Made by a program: the position numbers and the translations under genes. From Candidatus Sumerlaeales bacterium (lineage in GTDB: Bacteria; Sumerlaeota; Sumerlaeia; Sumerlaeales; Sumerlaeaceae), in the NCBI GenBank assembly GCA_038243585.1, contig JBBSQY010000002.1, forward strand, positions 86,857-150,856: 64,000 nt of DNA, given 5' to 3'. Position 1 is the stretch's first letter. Each line of letters starts with the position of its first letter. The notes below the pieces were generated by a model. It was given only the letters and a program-made list of their open reading frames with translations, was not told the origin of the DNA and ran no database searches. This document shows positions 59,091-64,000 of this stretch, in pieces.

Positions 59091-59093
59091 TTG

Positions 59094-60341
59094 TTAATTC
59101 GTCGCCGCGTCTACCTGGTTCTGCCGGGCAAGGATTCTTGCGGATACCGCCAGGACGTTTAAGAAACCTTCGCTGTCGGCATGATTGAATTCACCCACTT
59201 TTTCCATGCTCGATGCCGCTTCTGAGTAGAGGCAATGAGGCACGTCCGTCGCGCTGGTGTAAAATGCGTGGCCTTTGTACAGCTGCAATGTGATTGTACC
59301 AGTCGAAAACCGTGAGAAATGGGCAATGGCCGCCTTAGCGGCCGTGCTGGCCGGATCAAACCAATAGCCTTGGTAAATTTGTTCTGCAAGCATCTCTTTT
59401 AGATTATCAAACAGCTTACGGCTGCGCCGATCGAGGGTTAATTGGATTAGATATTCGTAGGCCTTGCCAATGATTTCCATTCCCGGGGTCTCGTATATGC
59501 CGCGGCTTTTGATTCCTACAAACCGGTTTTCCACGAGGTGCAGGCCAATGCCGACGCCATTGCGCCCGCCGATCTGGTTTGCTTCCTCGAAGATCGTGAG
59601 AAGATCCAAGGTTTTCCCGTTAAGCGCAGTGGGCATGCCTTTCTCGAAAGTGATTGAAACCTGCTCCATCTTATCCGGTGCCTGATGTGGTAGCACTCCA
59701 AATTCCGGCTCAATATCCAACGCGCCGACTTCCAGGCTTTCCAGCTTACCCGCCTCGTGAGTCAGGCCAAGAAGGTTAGCGTCTGTGCTGTAGGGCTTAC
59801 TATGGCTCGCTTTGACAGGCACGTTCCGCTGCTGACAATAATCGATCATCTCTTTACGACCGCCGAAAGCATCCAAAAACTGCTGGTCACGCCAGGGAGC
59901 GTATACTTCGTAATCCGGCTCAAGCATATGCGTAACCAGCTGAAACCGAACCTGATCGTTTCCGCGTCCCGTAGCCCCGTGGCTCAAAATCTTAATCCCG
60001 CGCTCACGCATAACGTCCAGGATAAGGCTGGTGGTAACATGACGAGCAATGCCCGTAGTGTTCCAGTAATCTCCCTCATAGCGTGCCTGCGCCTGCACGA
60101 CCTTCATGCCTTCCGCCGCCAGCGCCGCCCTGCCATCCACCACTACCGCGTCCACAGCCCCGGCTGCCAGCATCCGCTGGCGCACCTCTTCCAGGCTACT
60201 TTCGTCCGGTTGGCCCAGGTCAAGCGTCACGCTGACAACCTTTACCCCAAGATCCGTAAGCCACCGCGTGATAGTGCAGCTATCCAGGCCGCCGCTGCCG
60301 GCAAATGCTATGGTTTGTCCTTTAAGATCGTTGGCGTTCAT
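59094..60341 (-). CDS. argG: Argininosuccinate synthase
   Basis: SGGLDS, HGATGRGNDQVRF, YSTDANL and ENRFVGIKSRGIYETPG. Confidence 0.97.
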   Translation of the reverse strand: MNANDLKGQTIAFAGSGGLDSCTITRWLTDLGVKVVSVTLDLGQPDESSLEEVRQRMLAAGAVDAVVVDGRAALAAEGMKVVQAQARYEGDYWNTTGIARHVTTSLILDVMRERGIKILSHGATGRGNDQVRFQLVTHMLEPDYEVYAPWRDQQFLDAFGGRKEMIDYCQQRNVPVKASHSKPYSTDANLLGLTHEAGKLESLEVGALDIEPEFGVLPHQAPDKMEQVSITFEKGMPTALNGKTLDLLTIFEEANQIGGRNGVGIGLHLVENRFVGIKSRGIYETPGMEIIGKAYEYLIQLTLDRRSRKLFDNLKEMLAEQIYQGYWFDPASTAAKAAIAHFSRFSTGTITLQLYKGHAFYTSATDVPHCLYSEAASSMEKVGEFNHADSEGFLNVLAVSARILARQNQVDAATN

Positions 60342-60438
60342 GGCTCTCTCAGTAGTTTAATGTATGATGGGAAACGCGATATCTCACAGAGTACCCGCGC
60401 GTTTATTTGAAAAAGAAGCTTTGACGCGAAATTACAGA

Positions 60439-61083
60439 TTAAAACTGTGTGGGATCACCAAAAAACTCGCGGGTCACACTATCGCAAGTATCCGGATCAA
60501 ATCCTCGGCGGGCCAGATGCTGCGACATTTTCCTCGCTGCCTTCACCAAGTCATCCTCATCTTTAAGATTAGGATACTTTTTCGCCGCCACCTTGCGCGC
60601 CATTTCTAATTGTGTTTCTGTTTCAGCCATTGATTCTACCGCCTTACGGGCTTCGTCGCGATTAATGCCGCGAGCCTGTAGTTCCATACTTACTATTCGC
60701 GGGCCTTTTGTTCCCGATTTCATGCGAGTCCGAGCAAAAGCTGCTGCAAAATCCGTGTCATCCAGATATTTATGCTCACGTGCATACGAGACTGCCTCAT
60801 CGGCTGCAGCACCATTGAAGCCGTGCTTTTTAAGATATAAGCGAGCGTCAGCAATTGATTTCTTACGGAGTGACAGGTAAAGAACAAGCTTCCGCTTAGC
60901 CCGCAGGACCTCGTCCGCCAGCGTAATTTCACTAAGGAGCTCCTCAGAAAGTTCCATTCCCCGCGCTAGATGGAACCGCACGGCTACCTCGGCGTCTAAC
61001 GCGATGGCTGTACCGTCGTCAAACGTCGTGGTTACTTCGCCTCCAGAGCGGCGCTGCCGATATTGAAGTTCAGTGACACGCAT
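60439..61083 (-). CDS. recX: Regulatory protein RecX
   Basis: YLDDTDFA, KGPRIVSMELQARGI and HLARRGF. Confidence 0.92.
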   Translation of the reverse strand: MRVTELQYRQRRSGGEVTTTFDDGTAIALDAEVAVRFHLARGMELSEELLSEITLADEVLRAKRKLVLYLSLRKKSIADARLYLKKHGFNGAAADEAVSYAREHKYLDDTDFAAAFARTRMKSGTKGPRIVSMELQARGINRDEARKAVESMAETETQLEMARKVAAKKYPNLKDEDDLVKAARKMSQHLARRGFDPDTCDSVTREFFGDPTQF

Positions 61084-61199
61084 AAAAAATCATGTTCAGT
61101 ATGAACGGTTTAATTCGTAATTGTAGTACTTGGGGTGACGGACATCAAAAGGAATCGTAAACGCATGAGCAACCGGAACACCTCGGGGGCGCAGTTTTC

Positions 61200-64000
61200 A
61201 TGAGTAAAAACCCGAATCGAAAGCCCCGGTCGCGATGGTCATGTTGCTTTTCTATTATAGGCGTTGCGGCGCTGCTGCTGATCATTGCAGCCGGAGCTTT
61301 TGGCTGGTTCTACACCCATCCCATCAGCAATGTAAGTCTGCATACCCGCGTGTTAAACCGCCTTGAGCGCATCAGCGGTCTTGGCGTGACCTATGATTCC
61401 GCAAGTTTGACAATCGCTACAGGTAAATATACCATCACAAACTTGCGTTTTACCGATCCGAACAAACCGGAAATCCCTGTTTTATCCGTCGGCGAGGTTA
61501 ATGCCACAATAAATCCATGGCAGTTGATCTCTAATCCTGAGTCCGTAATCTCCCATGTCGTGCTGAAGAATCCTTCCCGACTCGACGTGGTCTATTCCGC
61601 CGACTCCATAAAACTTGGCGAGCGCTCTCAGTTTCTCGTAGATGCTGTGAAAAAGGCTCAACCGCCGGGTATAAACCAGGCTGGCCGGCTCCCTTTTGAT
61701 GAGCTTGAAATTGAAAATTCCGAAATCTCTTTTTCGGAGTCGGAAGGAATTTTGCCTGATCTCGCTCCGTCGCAGGCGGCCCTCATCATGTCTGGCCACA
61801 TGAGCATCACCAATAATGGTTCCTCCGGATTGGACGTAAAATTTAAAGGGCAGGCGGCGAAGCCGCTTGTTCCTACAGCAGAAACAACCACAGCTACAAT
61901 GGCCGGCGGCATCGAGGCCAATGTTGTGCTCGACAGTGATGACCGTATTATAGCGCAGGGCACGATTGCGCAGCTCGCCATGGACAAGATTTTTCGGAAC
62001 CTGCCGGAAACCTCAGTAGAAGCGGCTGATCTTAAGTTTGATTTCGAATCCTCGCCGTCGAACGGAAATCGCGTCATCAAAGGCGACGTAAAGGCGGCGA
62101 GTCTGGCCTATAACAGCCCGGAAAAACAAATACGTGTTAACGATGAAAACATAGATATTCAGGCCGACCTTGAACTGCAATCGTCCGCTGGTTTAGTAAA
62201 AATGCGGTCTCTTGCCCTCACCAGCGACGGCGCCAAAGCAAGCGTTATGGGAGTATTACAATACCATGAGCCGCGCGGTTACGACTTAGCTTTGTCTGCC
62301 AAACAGCTTGACCAGAACTATCAAGCCCTACTGGAAAAGCTTCTTCCCGACGGCTGGGACGTTCAGGCGAACCAGGACAGCTTTGCGGTAGACGTGCACG
62401 CAGTGTCCACCAGTGGATCACTCACCAGCTTAGAGGGCGCCGTCGCCTTGCGCAATATTACTCTTAAAACGCCGGCGCTTCCGTCAAGCCTCAGGCACCT
62501 GCAGGGAGACATCCAGTTTTCTGATGACTCAATTAGTTTTGCCGGCATAACAGGGGAATACGGAGGGGCGCATCTCTCTCTTGACGGGGTGTATCTTGGC
62601 GATCCATGGCGGGCCGAACCGGGAAAGTTGGAAATGTCATGGAAAGCGGCTGTTTCCCTGGACGAAGCAATTAAACTGTATCAAAAGCAAAGTCCCAATG
62701 CGCACCTGGCATTCTCAGGGAGCGGTGAAATTACCGGCCAGGGCACCTGGCGACAGGAGGTAAGCCTTTTAGAGCCCGCCTCTTCTGGAACTCCTCAGGT
62801 GGAGGGTGCGGCTGATTTTACGAATGTTTCCCTGCAACATCCCTCATTGCCTGCCCCAATTGCGGGTCTCTCCGGAAAGACGAAAATTGTCGGTAGTCGG
62901 CTTGAAGTCGAAAACCTTTCCGGCAGTATGCAGGGCAACGAGCTCTCAGTAGATGGCTATGTGGAAGGCGATACGTTTTTCTGGAAAGACTCTGCAGTGT
63001 CAGCAACGCTGAACTCGCGGCTTGATCTGGCGCAAATAGGGCCATACTTGTCCACCGAACAGAAAGCCAGCCTGGACAAATATCAGGTTTCCGGCCAGGC
63101 CAGCACAAGGATGCTGCTGAGTGGCCCATTGTCTGAACTTGGAAAGCAGCTCACGGGCGTAATGCGCGTATCCAACGTCAGTCTCGCTCCAGACCTTGAA
63201 TTCATGGAAGGTAAGTTTTCTGAGGTGTCTGGACTTGTTGCGTGGGATGGCAACACACTACGCATGGACACCTTAACCGGGCGGTTAAACAATGAAGAAG
63301 TGCAACTTTCCGGCTATCTGACGGCCCAGAAAATTGATATAAACATTAAAACTCAAACTTCTCTGGAGGCGGTGCAAAAAACGTTTCCCCGCTTCGACAA
63401 ATATCTGGAGATGTCTGGGGGACTAACATCGGACTTGAAATTTTCGGTTGGGGGAGATACGCCTCCCGCAGCGGGCTCTCTACCCGATGTGCTTGAAGCT
63501 GCGCGTCTTCTGATGGAATCCGCGGTTCAGAAGAAATCATACGCGCTGAACGGAACATTAAAGTTCAAGGATGCCTCCATACGCCATATAGCAATGCCAA
63601 TTGCTCGCACTGAGGATGGAAAGAAGATTCCAGCGGGCCGCGTGACTGGTTTAACAGGAACGGTTCTAGTAAAAAACGACACTTTGACGGTACCCGAAAA
63701 CGCGACATTGTCCTGCGCGTTTTCAGATACAACGAAAACGCGCCTCAGCGGCTCAATCAAATTACGACCAGACAACTTTCCCTCCATGAAAGTTAAAATC
63801 AGTTCAGCGGGCACAATGCGCCTGGATACCTGGGCAACAGGCTGGGGCAAGGCGCTACCGGATTTGGCCAGCCCGCCCATGACAGGAAAGAAATTTGATT
63901 TTGAAGCGGACATTTCTGCCCCCGCAGTCGTTTTTCGCGGGCAGGAAGCGGGCCGAAGCAAGGCGAAAATTCTTTTTCAAATGACGCAGGACAAAACCCC
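61200..64000 (+). CDS. AsmA-like (YhdP/TamB-type) protein, runs off the window
   Basis: ATG at 61200, MSKNPNRKPRSRWSCCFSIIGVAALLLII N-terminal TM helix, then a long beta-rich frame. The frame was spot-checked at both ends; it is absent from the ORF track, consistent with no stop in the window. Confidence 0.75.
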   Translation, partial: MSKNPNRKPRSRWSCCFSIIGVAALLLIIAAGAFGWFYTHPISNVSLHTRVLNRLERISGLGVTYDSASLTIATGKYTITNLRFTDPNKPEIPVLSVGEVNATINPWQLISNPESVISHVVLKNPSRLDVVYSADSIKLGERSQFLVDAVKKAQPPGINQAGRLPFDELEIENSEISFSESEGILPDLAPSQAALIMSGHMSITNNGSSGLDVKFKGQAAKPLVPTAETTTATMAGGIEANVVLDSDDRIIAQGTIAQLAMDKIFRNLPETSVEAADLKFDFESSPSNGNRVIKGDVKAASLAYNSPEKQIRVNDENIDIQADLELQSSAGLVKMRSLALTSDGAKASVMGVLQYHEPRGYDLALSAKQLDQNYQALLEKLLPDGWDVQANQDSFAVDVHAVSTSGSLTSLEGAVALRNITLKTPALPSSLRHLQGDIQFSDDSISFAGITGEYGGAHLSLDGVYLGDPWRAEPGKLEMSWKAAVSLDEAIKLYQKQSPNAHLAFSGSGEITGQGTWRQEVSLLEPASSGTPQVEGAADFTNVSLQHPSLPAPIAGLSGKTKIVGSRLEVENLSGSMQGNELSVDGYVEGDTFFWKDSAVSATLNSRLDLAQIGPYLSTEQKASLDKYQVSGQASTRMLLSGPLSELGKQLTGVMRVSNVSLAPDLEFMEGKFSEVSGLVAWDGNTLRMDTLTGRLNNEEVQLSGYLTAQKIDINIKTQTSLEAVQKTFPRFDKYLEMSGGLTSDLKFSVGGDTPPAAGSLPDVLEAARLLMESAVQKKSYALNGTLKFKDASIRHIAMPIARTEDGKKIPAGRVTGLTGTVLVKNDTLTVPENATLSCAFSDTTKTRLSGSIKLRPDNFPSMKVKISSAGTMRLDTWATGWGKALPDLASPPMTGKKFDFEADISAPAVVFRGQEAGRSKAKILFQMTQDKT

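Noticed and set aside
61482..63961. Several minus-strand ORFs at the window end
   Set aside because: They are antisense to the long plus-strand AsmA-like frame.

Overview
Chromosomal window of a diderm (LPS-making) bacterium. It is mostly housekeeping and envelope genes: a MacAB/TolC-type efflux block, comEC, bamA-skp-lpxC-fabZ-ftsB, a ppiD-like gene, a pilT-like gene and pilC, rsmE, a nagZ-like GH3, ilvN-ridA-murA, carD, rsfS, yqeK, an ECF sigma/anti-sigma pair, argG, recX and an AsmA-like gene. The standout is a ~10.5 kb element (13198-23748) integrated in the 3' end of a tRNA-Met(CAT) and bounded by a perfect 24-bp direct repeat. All its intact genes lie on one strand: a Zn-finger/coiled-coil protein (possibly TerS-like), a sigma-region-2-only protein, an HK97-type major capsid protein, a 59-aa peptide, a short tape-measure-like protein, small ORFs including two paralogous HTH-like proteins, a Toprim primase-DUF3987 fusion and a tyrosine integrase. 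I recognise no portal, large terminase, head protease, tail tube or lysis gene. It therefore looks like an unusual phage satellite that supplies only capsid and tail-length components. It also carries subterminal inverted iteron-like arrays that would bracket attP after excision, and a dense RNA hairpin array with long-range complementarity around the capsid gene. All protein calls are from motif recognition by eye; no database searches were run.
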